From assembly GCA_001600695.1 (NCBI GenBank), contig BCKQ01000002.1, positions 473,002-537,001 on the forward strand: a stretch of DNA of 64,000 bases, given 5' to 3'. Of the stretch, positions 11,004 to 23,362 are shown piece by piece; positions within the stretch are counted from its first letter, which is position 1, and each line of letters begins with the position of its first letter. Source of the stretch: Ascoidea asiatica JCM 7603. Lineage: Eukaryota; Fungi; Ascomycota. A model generated the notes under the pieces. It saw nothing but the letters and a program-made list of their open reading frames with translations, searched no databases and was not told where the DNA came from. A program made the translations under genes and the position numbers.

Positions 11004-11825
11004 ATGGAAGAAAGTTTAAATGGATCAATATTAATCATACCAAGTGTTACAATTGGTAATATACCTCAATTAACAATTGATTTATTGATTACCAATTTAT
11101 CAATGAAAAAAATTGGTAAAATTAATTCAAATTATGTTTATCCATTCATTTCAGGAAATGATTCATATAAAATCAATGATAATGATAATGATAATAATAC
11201 AGAATTGAGTAATGAAATAAATAATGGAATATCTGAAAGTATTGAAATTTTTCATTCCAAAATTTTTAAAATTTCAGTTATTCAACAAAGATCACCAATA
11301 TTACCAAATTTCACAATAAATTTCACAAAAGATATAATTAATTTTATAAAATTTTATAAATTTAAAAATATTATATTATTATCATCATCATCTCCATCTT
11401 CACCATTAATTTCTCAATTATCAAATTATAAATCATTATTAAATAATAATTTATCAATAAATTTAGATACTACAATGAAAGATAATTTTTTAAATATTGA
11501 TAATATAAATAAATTTAATTTAAATTTAAATGAAAGTGAAAGTTTTATAAATAAAATTCAAATATCATTATTTATTAAAACATTTATCAAAGAAATTGAA
11601 AAAATTGATGATAATCATTCAAAGAATATTAATTTATTATTAACATTTGTTTATGAAGGTGATAATTTTCAAGATGCAATAAATTTTTATCAAAAGTTGA
11701 TAAAATACTTGAATTTAAAAGAAGAAAATAAAAATAGTTTTGAAATTGTTCATAAACCAAAGTCATGGTCTGGAGTTTATGGGGACAGACCACTTCCATT
11801 ATCTCTAGAAGATGGAATTTATTGA
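11004..11825 (+). CDS. ADD66: Proteasome assembly chaperone PAC2 (Pba2/Add66)
   Basis: LIIPSVTIGNIPQLTIDLLI, VIQQRSPI, FVYEGDNFQDA, PKSWSGVYG, and C-terminal HbYX-like GIY. First ATG is at 11004. Confidence 0.9.
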   Translation: MEESLNGSILIIPSVTIGNIPQLTIDLLITNLSMKKIGKINSNYVYPFISGNDSYKINDNDNDNNTELSNEINNGISESIEIFHSKIFKISVIQQRSPILPNFTINFTKDIINFIKFYKFKNIILLSSSSPSSPLISQLSNYKSLLNNNLSINLDTTMKDNFLNIDNINKFNLNLNESESFINKIQISLFIKTFIKEIEKIDDNHSKNINLLLTFVYEGDNFQDAINFYQKLIKYLNLKEENKNSFEIVHKPKSWSGVYGDRPLPLSLEDGIY

Positions 11826-12062
11826 AATCAGAAGAAGCTGTTACTCCTTGTTACTCCAACTAAATTAGTTTCTGTCATAGGCAATTATAATTATAATCAT
11901 AATCAAATCCACTCAATAGTAACTAAATAGCGTAGTAACTTAATAACTTAATAACTTAGCAACAACGTAAACAACCACAGAAAAGTCATGTGAAAAAACG
12001 GGGTTAAAGTGGGATCATTTTCAGCAGACCCACAGTGCTGGGTTCTTTTCTTACTAGTATAA

Positions 12063-12078
12063 CATATCACGTGATATG
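12063..12078. promoter_or_regulatory. Perfect 16-bp palindrome with Cbf1/bHLH core
   Basis: CATATCACGTGATATG. Confidence 0.55.
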
Positions 12079-12509
12079 AACTTTATTCGGCTATCGGCTG
12101 CTTGCTTGCCTCGGCTCCACAGTTGCTTAACAACTGCCAAATTTTCTCTGAGCTGAATAAACATGATAATATTAATACTAAATACAGCTTAATATATCAA
12201 TAACAATACTAAATACGTATGAGTGAATATGAATAAAGATGAAGAAATTTGTATTATTAAGCTCTATTTATTTTAGGTTGCCTTTTTAGGATAATGGGGA
12301 AAAAAGATTTCTCCTTTCTTTCTTGGGTTAGAAGGTTTTTTCCATTTAATTGAATGCTGAGTTGAACACTTGCAACCTAAGTGAATATTAAGTCAAATAA
12401 ATGAAAGTTTTTTCTATTTGGTTATTTTTGCTATTTTGTTGTGTTCAATTACTGAAATTATCTTAAATTATTCATATTTCAAAATCATTTATAGAATGAA
12501 TTCAAAAGC

Positions 12510-12888
12510 TCGTATAGATTATCATTATTATTTTAATATTATTCGAATATTATTTGAATAATAATGAAATCTTACTCAAAAACAACAATTCTATTATTTT
12601 AATACTTTTAAGATTATTCTTTTATTCGAGTAGCAATAATTAATCCATAAATATTAAAATCATAATATCATAAAAGCATATATTTATGAGAACATACAAA
12701 CCTTATTTAACTATAATTATATATTATTGTAATTAACGAGCTAACTGTTTCATTAGCAATCTAAAAAATTAACCCTCTTTTTTATATTGCTAATAATAAA
12801 CATAATCATTGAAATTAATTGAAAAAAACTTAACTGTTTTGAAATTTTTCAAATATTTCAGACATTACAAATTTTAAAATTATATAAA
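12510..12888 (+). promoter_or_regulatory. Upc2/Ecm22 sterol/anaerobic element and TATA box of the TIR-like gene
   Basis: TCGTATA at 12510-12516 and TATATAAA at 12881-12888; TIR/DAN genes are established Upc2 targets. Confidence 0.5.
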
Positions 12889-12999
12889 AGGATCACTTTC
12901 TACTTTTTATTTCTTTTGAATTCCTTTCTATCTTTCTCTTTTTTTTTCATGTTCATTATCTCAATTTTGTAAATTAAATAAGAAATATATATATTCCAA

Positions 13000-13030
<31 letters not shown>

Positions 13031-13073
13031 TCACTAAATTACTAAATCACTTAATTACTTAATTACTTTGAAA

Positions 13074-13703
13074 ATGAAATTTTTATCTCCTTTAATTATT
13101 GCTTTATTATCAATCAAAGCTACCGAAGCTGCAACTGCTGATGCAGTTACTGTTTTCTTTAATGATGCTAAATCTCATTTAACTGATTATCTTTCTTTAG
13201 TTACTGAAAATTCAGTTCCATCTGATTTATTATCTTATTTTTATGCTGCTCAAACTTATACTGATGATAGTTATACAACTTTAATTAATTCAGATTTTCC
13301 ATTTTCTGAATTTACTTCATTTGTAACTGGTTTACCTTGGTATTCTTCTCGTTTAGCAACTCAATTGGCTTCTGCAAATGCTGCTTCTCAAACTAGTTCT
13401 GGTGCTGGTATTGCTGGTTCTTCCTCAGGTGCTGGTTCTTCCGGTTCTTCTAAAGCTGCTGTAGCTTCTTCAAGTCCTGCCATAACTTCTTCCGGTTCTG
13501 GCTCTTCTAAAAGTTCTTCAGCATCTTCTTCCAAATCAAGTTCTGAGTCAAGCTCTGAATCTGAATCAAGTTCTGGATCTGGGTCTGCTGCTTCTGCCTC
13601 TTCTTCATCATCCTCTTCCGAAGGTCTAGCTGCTGAAATCAATCCAAGAGCTGGTTTATTAGCTGTTCCTGTTATTTGTGTAGCTGCTCTTAATTTATTA
13701 TAA
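13074..13703 (+). CDS. Srp1/Tip1 (TIR/DAN/PAU) family GPI-anchored cell-wall mannoprotein
   Basis: Signal peptide, DAKSHLTDYL...TYTDDSYTTL...FVTGLPWYSSRL, Ser/Ala-rich stalk and hydrophobic GPI signal. First ATG is at 13074. Confidence 0.93.
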   Translation: MKFLSPLIIALLSIKATEAATADAVTVFFNDAKSHLTDYLSLVTENSVPSDLLSYFYAAQTYTDDSYTTLINSDFPFSEFTSFVTGLPWYSSRLATQLASANAASQTSSGAGIAGSSSGAGSSGSSKAAVASSSPAITSSGSGSSKSSSASSSKSSSESSSESESSSGSGSAASASSSSSSSEGLAAEINPRAGLLAVPVICVAALNLL

Positions 13704-14360
13704 GTTTTTTAAAGAAAACTTTATACCTTTTACTCAATGCTTTAATTTTTTTTCTATTTAATAATTCTTATTTTCAAAATGTTTGTAATATTAGTTTGTC
13801 AACTTTTAAATTAACAATTCAAGTTTTTTATCTTTGTAGTTCTTAATTTTTTTTTTTTTTCACCTCTTTTTTTTAATCTTGTTTTTGTTTATTTTTATCA
13901 ATTTTTTTATTAATTTTTCTCTAACTTTTTTATGCTTTTTCCTTTATTTTTTACTACTCTGCTTGTCTTTCGTTTAATTTACGTTCGTTATTCAATTTTC
14001 TTTCCAATTTATCTCTCTAAAAATTAAATCAAACTAATTAAAACATATTTCATTTATTGTAAATTATGAAATAACAAAACAAAAAATATAACCCTCGAAA
14101 CCTTTTTTCCGTTTTCACATATCCGACCAACTTAACCGACCAAAAACCGAATAATGCTTGAATATTACCGCTTTCAGAATGAATACAAACTCATTATAAT
14201 CATTATTATTATTATTATTATTTATTGAGAATAAATATAGAAAATTATTAATACAAATACTGTATAAAATGTTAATTTAAAAAAAATGTCAATTTGAGAA
14301 AAAAAGAATGAAATAGGAAAAAATTTAATTTAATATAATCAATTTCAATAAATAGTGAAT

Positions 14361-16097
14361 TCAATTTGATTCAAGATTATTATTTGTATTTTCAAGTACT
14401 GCTTCTTCGATACTTTCATTGATAATTTCATCCCATTTACTTTTGAAAATAAAAAAAACTTGTGAAAAACTTGCAATAATTAATGCAAAAACTAATCCAA
14501 TCCATAATCCGAATAATTCTAATTTAAAATGAAATGCTGCTGTTAATGAAACTGGTAATGCAATAATATAATAAGCTATTAAATAAATTATTGCTCCAAT
14601 ATTTTGTTTACCTTGAGCTCTCAAAACTCCTGCTGCAATTGCACCAATTGAATCATTAACTTGATATGCAGCTCCAAGAATTAAAACTTTACTTGCTAAT
14701 GATATAACTTCATTATCATTTGTAAATAATCCACAAATTTGTTTTTTAAAAATAAATAAAAATATAAATGTAAAAATTCCAATAAAAACTGATAATAATA
14801 ATCCACAATTTGTTGCAATTTTTGAACATTTTTTACTACCTGCACCAATATAATTTGCAACTCTTGTTGAAACAACTATACCAAATGCAAAAGGTATTTG
14901 ATATGTCATTACACAAACATTTGAAATAATTGATTGTGCAGCTAAAGCAGTTGTTCCAAATTTTGAAGCAGAAAATGTTATAATTTCAAAACATAACCAT
15001 TCACTTTCTAACATTAAAACTCCAGCACCAGATAATTTTATCATTCTTGACCAATTTTTGAAACAGTTCATTGAAAATCCTGGCCAACATTGATAACCAT
15101 TAATTCTCCAACAGTACAAACATAATAAACCTGCCATAATCCAATTTGTAATTGAAACTGCAATTGGTGCACCAATAAAACCTAAACCAAAAGTTTTATT
15201 CCAAACTAAAAAATAATTTAAAAATGCATTTAATGGAGCACAAAATATTAGTACATAAGTTGAAGCTTGAAAAATATTTTGAGATTGTAAAAAATGTTTA
15301 CCATTTTCAAAAATTATATAACCTGGAATTCCAATACATAAAGTTGTTAAATATTTTGAAGCTAAAGAACATAATTCAATTTGATTTGAATCTAAAAGTG
15401 ATTTTAAAATTTGTTCAGAATATCCAATCCAAATTATTGAAATTGGTAAAAATAAAATAAATAAAAATAATGTACATCTAATAAAATGAACACCAACCAT
15501 TTTAAAATCATTTCTACCATAAGCTTGAGCACATAAAGTATCTAAACAAGTTGAAATACCTTGAATTGGAGCATAACCAGTAATATTTGCAGTCATTGTT
15601 GCTAAAGAAACTGCAGCTAATTCATTTTTACCAATTTTTCCAACACTAAATACAGAAGCAATATTTAAAGAATATTGTAATAAAAAAGTAATTATTAAAA
15701 ATGGAGAATTTCTAGATAAAAATTTAGCTTCATTTAAAATATTTGTTTCAGGTTCATAAAATATACCAGTATTTGGATCTTGAGCAACACTTGCATTTAT
15801 TGAACTTCTTCTTGATTGAATAAAAGAATGAATACTATTATTTGTTATTGAACCATATAATTGTGGAGTTTTTGAAATTGTTAATGGAGTTAAATCATCT
15901 GTATAATCATCATAATTAGTATCATTATGATAATCACTATGAAAATCACTATGAATATCATTATGATTATGGTTAAGATTATTGTTATTATGATTTATTA
16001 TTGGTAAAAATCTACGTTCAGAAATTGTTGAAAATGCTAAACTAGATCTTCTTGTTCCACTTGCAGAAAAATCTATTGAATCCTTTAATGGAGCCAT
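14361..16097 (-). CDS. MATE-family multidrug/toxin efflux transporter (Erc1/YDR338C-like)
   Basis: ELAAVSLATMTANITG, LDTLCAQAYG, LGFIGAPIA, STRVANYIGAG, GVLRAQGKQ; about 12 hydrophobic segments. Confidence 0.95.
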   Translation of the reverse strand: MAPLKDSIDFSASGTRRSSLAFSTISERRFLPIINHNNNNLNHNHNDIHSDFHSDYHNDTNYDDYTDDLTPLTISKTPQLYGSITNNSIHSFIQSRRSSINASVAQDPNTGIFYEPETNILNEAKFLSRNSPFLIITFLLQYSLNIASVFSVGKIGKNELAAVSLATMTANITGYAPIQGISTCLDTLCAQAYGRNDFKMVGVHFIRCTLFLFILFLPISIIWIGYSEQILKSLLDSNQIELCSLASKYLTTLCIGIPGYIIFENGKHFLQSQNIFQASTYVLIFCAPLNAFLNYFLVWNKTFGLGFIGAPIAVSITNWIMAGLLCLYCWRINGYQCWPGFSMNCFKNWSRMIKLSGAGVLMLESEWLCFEIITFSASKFGTTALAAQSIISNVCVMTYQIPFAFGIVVSTRVANYIGAGSKKCSKIATNCGLLLSVFIGIFTFIFLFIFKKQICGLFTNDNEVISLASKVLILGAAYQVNDSIGAIAAGVLRAQGKQNIGAIIYLIAYYIIALPVSLTAAFHFKLELFGLWIGLVFALIIASFSQVFFIFKSKWDEIINESIEEAVLENTNNNLESN

Positions 16098-19000
16098 TGT
16101 TTATTATTAAATTAAATTATATTATATTAGTTTGAATTTTTGAATAAATTGAATTAATTTAATTTGAATAAAAATGTAATTAGAAATAGAAATAGAAAGA
16201 GAATGTAAAATAAAATAAATGGAGGAATTAATTCATTATTTAAATCTTTTTCAAGAAAGATAATTGAAGAATATTAAATACAAATTTAAATAATAGAAAG
16301 AAAAAAAAATTTAAACTCACAAAATTTAAAATGGGCAAAAAAAGAGATGACTGCAATAGTTTTGTTATCTGGAAGCAGAAACAAGCATGAAATGGAAAAA
16401 ATTGTGGTTGTATAAAAAAGAATACAAATTTATAATCAATTTGACCAATATTTTAATAATATGATTAATGAAAATTAACCATTAATGGTAACTGTTAACT
16501 GTTAAGATAAAAATTATATGGGATATGGGATGTTTTGATCAATGAAATCAAAAGATATGAAAGTTTTAGTGTAATTGTTAGTTTATTTGTCTTTTTAGAA
16601 GGAGAATAATTTTTTTGAAAAATGTGTTTAAAATGTGATTTAATTGAAAAAAAAAGTCGAAATTTCGAGATAATTTTGATCATTTATGATTTTAGAACAA
16701 GTTTTTTAAATCATTAAAGGGCTCTTGAAATTATTTTAAGGTAAAGTGAAATAATAATATTATGTGTTAAGTTTACTTCTACAGTAAAAAATGAGTATAA
16801 TTTGAGGAAATTCAACGGAAAATATATCCCAATTGGGCGACTTCGAACAAAAAGATGATTTTTTTAATTTTTTGTTCCTCTAAAAAAAATTTGTAAGAGG
16901 ATTTTTAATGAAACATAATGATTAATTAAAATAAAAGTGAATACGAATTATTAATTTGAGTGTCAAATTTTAAAAAATATAATGCTTGAAATGTTTATAT
17001 AATTTTATTATTCTATTATTTTATAATTTTATTTTTTAATGTTAAGATATTAGGGAAATAAATTGGAAATTATTTTTGCGATCCAGTATCATAGGAATGT
17101 AACCACCATTTTTGTTAAATTTGCACCATTTTCCAATGTCCTTTGCCCTAATGCACTAAATTATTTCGCATGTTTAACTTACCTAAATATTGAGGGTTTA
17201 TGTCCTATATTTTTTGTCCTAAAAGGTTTTTGAAATTTTTTTTGATGTTCACGTGATTTATTTTTTTGGCTTTTGTGGTTGTATTGGTTAAATGAAGAAA
17301 AATAAACAAACGCGTAAATGAAATAAAATAAAATTGTAGTTTTTTTAGAAAATTTTATTTAATTCTTAACCTTAAAATACTTAAAATACTTAAATTATTT
17401 AAATAACTTAATTTGAATGAAAAATCCTAAATTTAACTTTATAAAAAATAAGATTCTTGAATGGAAAATAAAAAAGTAAAAATGAAAAATTAAAAATTTA
17501 AAGCTTTTACGTAACTATAAAACTATAATTATGTTAAATAATCCTTTTTGTGCATATGCTTTATGTATTATATATTATATAATATTACTGTGAAAATTGT
17601 ATACTATATAATGCTATATAAAATTATTACATTGTATTTTAACTTATATTTATTAATTAATAAGAATAAATTTGAAATAAGTAGTAACCAGCTACGTAAT
17701 TAATACAATTTGTGAAAAACAATTAGTTGAATAGATAAGTATATTGAGGAGATTTCCCCACAAAATATTTTATTTTAGATTAAAAGAAAATTCAAATGCA
17801 AATGCAAATGCAAATGCAAATGAAATTGAAGTAAAAAGTGATAGATTGAAATGAAATTGATTTTGAAACCATGGATCTAAGAAATGTTAATTGAAATTAT
17901 GATAAATTGAAGTGACGTTAGTTTAACGTTACTTCTAGAGTCAAAAAGAGAAATTGCAATAGATTAATTGAATTTTTTATCCTTGTAGATATTGCAGATT
18001 ATTTTATTACCATGGCAATAATATAGTAATGAAAAAGAAAAAGTACCAGTATTAATTGAATGTGAATTGGTTGATGCACCCCAAGAGGGTGTACAAAAAG
18101 GTGAAGATGAATATAGAAAAATGGGGAATAGATGAAATATAATACAATACAAAAAAAGCGAAAGTAAAAGTAGTATAATAGTAATTTGAGAAGTGGCACT
18201 TAAAATTTGGTAATATACTATATAAAACTTGGATTTTAGAGGCTTTGATAAAGAAACTGAGTTAAAAAATTGGGTTAGATCTAGGAAATAAATAAAGATA
18301 ATTAACATAGTTGAAAGTTAGTATATTTTGAATAAATTGTTGATAAATTTTTGATAAATTGTCGATATTATCGGTTGAATCTGTGATTGAATGTCTTAAG
18401 ATGAGATCTATCCAGATTAGATTCAATCAAATTGATTAAAATTACTAATTGAAGCTTGAATATATCTTGTGACGAATTAATTTCATTGTAATACTGCAAA
18501 ACATTCTTCAAATATATCTATGGATCCAAATAGGATTATGTCATTCAATATCAGAAATAAACCAACCATCAAGTATGTTGATAATGTATTATTGATTTAG
18601 AACTTGAATATTTTAGTATATCTATAAAACAAGTTTGCATTATTTTTGAAGTTTCAATTTTTTTACTCTTTGTTTAAAATAAGTTAATTGTAATCGTTTA
18701 TAGAATAGCCAGTGATAAAATAATTTATTGTTTATAATGAGACCTGAACTAAAAGATTCTTGGAATAAAGATTATCAAATGGTTTTATATTTAAATCTTT
18801 TGATAAGAAATTCAATACTAAAGATTATCTCTTATCAATCGATAACAATATTCAAAATTCCAATCAAGTTATTCGGTAAGCTTGATACTTTACTTTAATA
18901 GAATAAATATGTACAGTGCCCATATTAAATGTTTCATATTTTCAAGTCATTGAAAAACCCATCATTATTATTGAAAATAACAAAAATAATATTACAAAGA

Positions 19001-19113
19001 GGTAAAAGAAAAAAATATGAGTGAATGGAATATTAACCCTTAAAATATATCTGAATTACCCAACTATTACAGTATTATTCCAACAATTTTCCTTAATACT
19101 ATCAAAGTTACTA

Positions 19114-19900
19114 GCCCTTAGGTTTTCGCAATGACAAGCCATAGTAAAAGTATTTTACTATGGCTTGTTATCAGTATTGTAGTGCGTATTGATAAGGGCA
19201 TAATATGTGGAAGTGGTTCTATTGTCACACAACAAGCCAAGTTCTCTCTCAGCGCCCTTTGCAACTGCCACAAATCCCAGATTTCCCCTACTGTCTCGGT
19301 GTAGAAAGAGATCCGGAAATGGCGGTGGTTCACAGTGAGGTGTGGAAGATTTCATTTATTTGCTTCATTTATTCAATGTTGATGCTTGCCATTGGCACTT
19401 GCTTCATCCAAGCCTACTAAATTATTCATTTTTATTCATTTATTCTCGAAAGTACCTGAATCGGAACTCGAGCGTCAAGATTTCTGTTTGTGTTAGTGGT
19501 GAACGGAGCGGAGAACAGGGCCTTTGTGCAGCCTTACGTAAGCCGTGTTTCTGGTGTCCCTTGTTCTCTGCCTGTTGTGTTTCTGTTATGTCGTGCCCGC
19601 AAGTGGTGCCACCCAGAGAAAAAAGTGGCCCCTAAGATCCATTGTGCTTCTCGACGCGTGTATACACACAGATAACCACCTGTTTGCACATGTTTATGTG
19701 TGTCGGAATACGGAACACCCTCGGAAGGAGCCTGGATACACTCACCTCTGTACTTTCGGTGCTTTGTGCAGTGTCTGTCTGCGCCAGCTCTGCAGCCTGC
19801 CAATTATCTCGACCGACAACTCTGGGCTAATCATGGAACTTCATGGATATTTCTTCGCAGAAAGTGCGCTCTGAGAGAATAAATTGAATAAAATGAATAA
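19114..19900 (+). ncRNA. Candidate structured non-coding RNA (unassigned)
   Basis: Multiple nested stems with G-U pairs on the + strand and a long-range 26-nt inverted repeat (see findings). No family motif recognised; it could instead be the GAC1 promoter. Confidence 0.3.
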
Positions 19901-20653
19901 AATGCGATAAGTTTCAGCTCATTTTCAGCTCACTTTCACTTCGCTCGCAACGTTCGCAATTAATTTAAACTATTTTTCTGGAAATAGAAAACGACATGGA
20001 AATTAGTGCGTAAATAGAAATTAAAATTCGTAACTACCGTAAGATTCATAATTTTAAAATTTTGATTACTAAATGGATATTTTTACTAACTGTGAAAATA
20101 AAAAAAATAAAAAAAATAAAATAAAAATACAGTCAAACAATAACAGTTAAATAATAATTAAATAATAAAAAAAACTGGTCTTGGTTATTTTTTTGCTTTG
20201 ATATCGAAGCAGATTTCAAAATTTTATTATTTTTACAAGATTTAAGATATAAATAATAAGATAAAAAAATCAATTCATAAATCATAAATTATATAAAGAG
20301 AAGAAAAGAAACCTCTTTTATTATATTCCATTCACCAACAAGATATCAAATATCAAATAAAAGATAAAAGATATCAAATAATTCAAATTAATATTCACTA
20401 AACTCTCCAATACTCATTTATATTAAATATTATTATATATTTATATAATAATAATAAATAGATATTTCTTTTTCTTCATATATATAAAAATACATTATTA
20501 GCATTACTTTATTTCTCTTCATTTCTCTTTACATCCTTTAAATATTCTCATTTATTATATTTTTTTATTATATTCATTTATTAATTCATTTACTAATTCA
20601 TTCAAATATTCATTCATATATTCATTTAAAAATTCAAAATAATACTTGCTAAA

Positions 20654-22171
20654 ATGTCAAATCAAGTTTATTCACTGACTTCAAATAATTTTATTCAAAA
20701 AAATCTATTCAACACTTCTCTTTTTAACGCTGATAATATTAATAATAATCAAAATATTCATGATATTCATGATATTCAAGATATAAATAATATAATTGAA
20801 TCTTCTGATCGTTCAAATTGTTCTTCTCCTGATTCTCTTTCAACTTTAAATTTATCAAATAATTCTTCTTCTTCTTCTCTAGATTTAGATTTCAGTAATA
20901 ATAATAATACTAATAGTATCAATAATTCAAATAATAATATTCTTAGTAATAATAATAATAATAATAATAATACTCAAAATAAAAATCAAATTCAAAATTT
21001 ATACTCTTATACTTCAAGTACTTTATCTTCTTCAATCAATATTAAAAATGTTAATAATTTCATGAATATAATCTCCAAAAAAGATTCAATTAATAATTCA
21101 ATCAAATCTAATGAAGATTTAATTAATAGTTCAAATAGTTCTCTGAATACAATTATCTTAGATGATATTTCAAATAAAAATTCAATCAATTCAATTAATT
21201 CAATTAACTCAAAAAATGATTTCAAGAATTATAATTATGAAAATTTAGATTTAGATTTGAATTTAAATTTAAACTTATCTTTGAATAAATTCTCAAAAAC
21301 TACACCATCTTCTCCAATATTATCAAATAATTTATCAACAAATAATTTCCCAATAAATTTAAAACCATTAAAAAAATTAAAATCTTCTTTAAAATTATCT
21401 TCTTTAAATTCAAATTCAAATTCAAAATTAACAAGATCAAATTCAATGCCAATTTTAAATAAAAAATCTGTTAAATTTAATTCAATTAAATTAGAACATA
21501 TTAGATTCTTTAATAAATCTGATAAACCTTTAAGTGTAAGAGATGGTGATTCAACTTGTTCTTCAAGTGATGATGAATTTGATTCTTTATCTTATAATGA
21601 TAATTATTATAATAATCAAAATAATTTAGAAAATATTAATGGGTTTGATATTAATCTTTTTAGTTATTCCTCAGATCCTTGGAATAATAATAGTAATAAC
21701 AATAATAACAACAATAACAACAATATTAATTCTGCATATACTTATTCTTCTTCATCTTCGGATAAATCTTCAAATAAAACTTTAGTTAAGAAGAAAAATA
21801 GAAATAAGAAATCAATTAGAAAAGCAAAATTTGATTTCAATGATAATGATTTTGAAAGTGATGATGAAGAAGATGAAGATGATGATGATACAGTATTAAC
21901 TTTTAATATGAAATCAAATTCAATTTCAAACTTAAATTCTAATTCAAATTTAAATTACAAAAATAAATCAAAACAAAAATCAAAAATAAATTCAAATTCC
22001 AATTCCAGTTCCAACTCTAAATCTAATTATAATTGGAAAATTAAATCTTCAAATTTTAATGATAAATCTGATTTGAATCTTGAATCAGTTTTAGGAACAA
22101 ACATTGCTTTACAATCAATGTTTTTATCTTCTGATAATAATTCGATCTCAAAATCTCAAACTAATCATTCT

Positions 22172-22252
<81 letters not shown>

Positions 22253-22894
22253 AATAATACTAAATACTTAATTGGTCTTGTACTGGTTAAAAATATTTCT
22301 TTTCAAAAAAGTGTTTCTGTTAAATTAACCTTAAATAATTGGTCAACTTTTTCTGATTATGATGCTGTTTATTTGGATTCTCCAAATAATCAAATTGATA
22401 GATTTAAATTTATTTTAAATCTTGATGATTTAGATACAAATAAGTCAAATAAATTGAATATACAAATGTGTTTAAATTATAAAGTTAATAATTCTAATTA
22501 TTGGGATAATAATAATAATTTAAATTATCAATTAAAAACTAAAAAACTTTTTAAAAAAAATAATGAAATTTCAAAAAATATTATTTCTAAAAATAATATC
22601 AATATTATAAATTCATTATTATCAAAACCTGATAGATATTTCCCTGAAGATGATAAAGAAACTGGTTTTAAAACTCCAAATTGTTCTCCAATCAATTTCC
22701 AAAATCGTTACACTTTTTCTTCTTTAAGTGATACTGATGAATCTGATTGTCCAGATATCGTATCTCCATGTTTCAGTCTGCCTGAAAATAATTCAAATAT
22801 TGAATCTGAAAATAAAATTGCATTAACCCCTAATTCATTAAAGCTCAATGAAATTCTAAACAGTTATTGTTGGGCTTATGAATCTAAAGCTTGA
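20654..22894 (+). CDS. GAC1: Protein phosphatase 1 glycogen-targeting regulatory subunit (Gac1/Pig1/Gip2 family, CBM21)
   Basis: LKSSLK, RVxF-type KSVKF followed by HIRFFNKSDKPLSV, and a CBM21 domain (GLVLVKNISFQKSV...NNWSTF...DRFKF...YWDNNNNLNY). Exact paralog identity is uncertain. Confidence 0.82.
22174..22250 (+). repeat. (AAT)n microsatellite encoding poly-Asn in the GAC1-like gene
   Basis: About 25 uninterrupted AAT units. Confidence 0.95.
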
Positions 22895-23362
22895 AATTTT
22901 CTAAAAAAAAACTTATTTCAAGAAATTTGCTTTAACTTGTATTATACCTTTTTATTTCTCTTCTTATTTCACTTTTTATTTCACTTTTTTGTTTTATTTT
23001 ATTTTAAAATCTCATTTTTTTATTCTATTTTTGTTTATTTTGCTTATTCATTTTTGTATTTTCATTTTTTTTGGTTTAATTTTTTCAAAATATTTTTGCT
23101 GGATTGGATAGGCTTTATTTTTTTCATATATCTTTTTATCATCATAACATTAAATAACCTGCAACTGCAACATACAACAAATAAAAGTTTTCTTTATTAA
23201 TTCATTATCCTTAAACGTTAAAATGTAATCAAATTAATTCTATACAATATTTTTAAGAGCAATAAGAAAAAATCATTGAAAAAAAAAAAAAAATAAAACA
23301 AGAAAAAAACCTTTCAGAAATAAATTAAAGGGCATTTCTGTTCATAGTTTTAATGAAATTTA

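Noticed and set aside
17248-17400. TCACGTGA followed by AT-rich DNA as a point centromere (also at 62376)
   Set aside because: No CDEIII-like TGT..TG..TTCCGAA at a suitable spacing, and the motif is common in promoters here
18240-18890. Cluster of GATAA motifs as an iron/nitrogen GATA enhancer
   Set aside because: Expected frequently by chance at this AT content; no supporting context
19118-19882. Cluster of overlapping 60-110-aa ORFs in the GC island (similar clusters at 26.3-26.9, 34.3-34.9, 43.0-43.4, 47.0-47.6 and 54.6-55.4 kb)
   Set aside because: Stop-codon scarcity in GC-richer DNA explains them; codon usage is unlike the real genes and there are no recognisable domains
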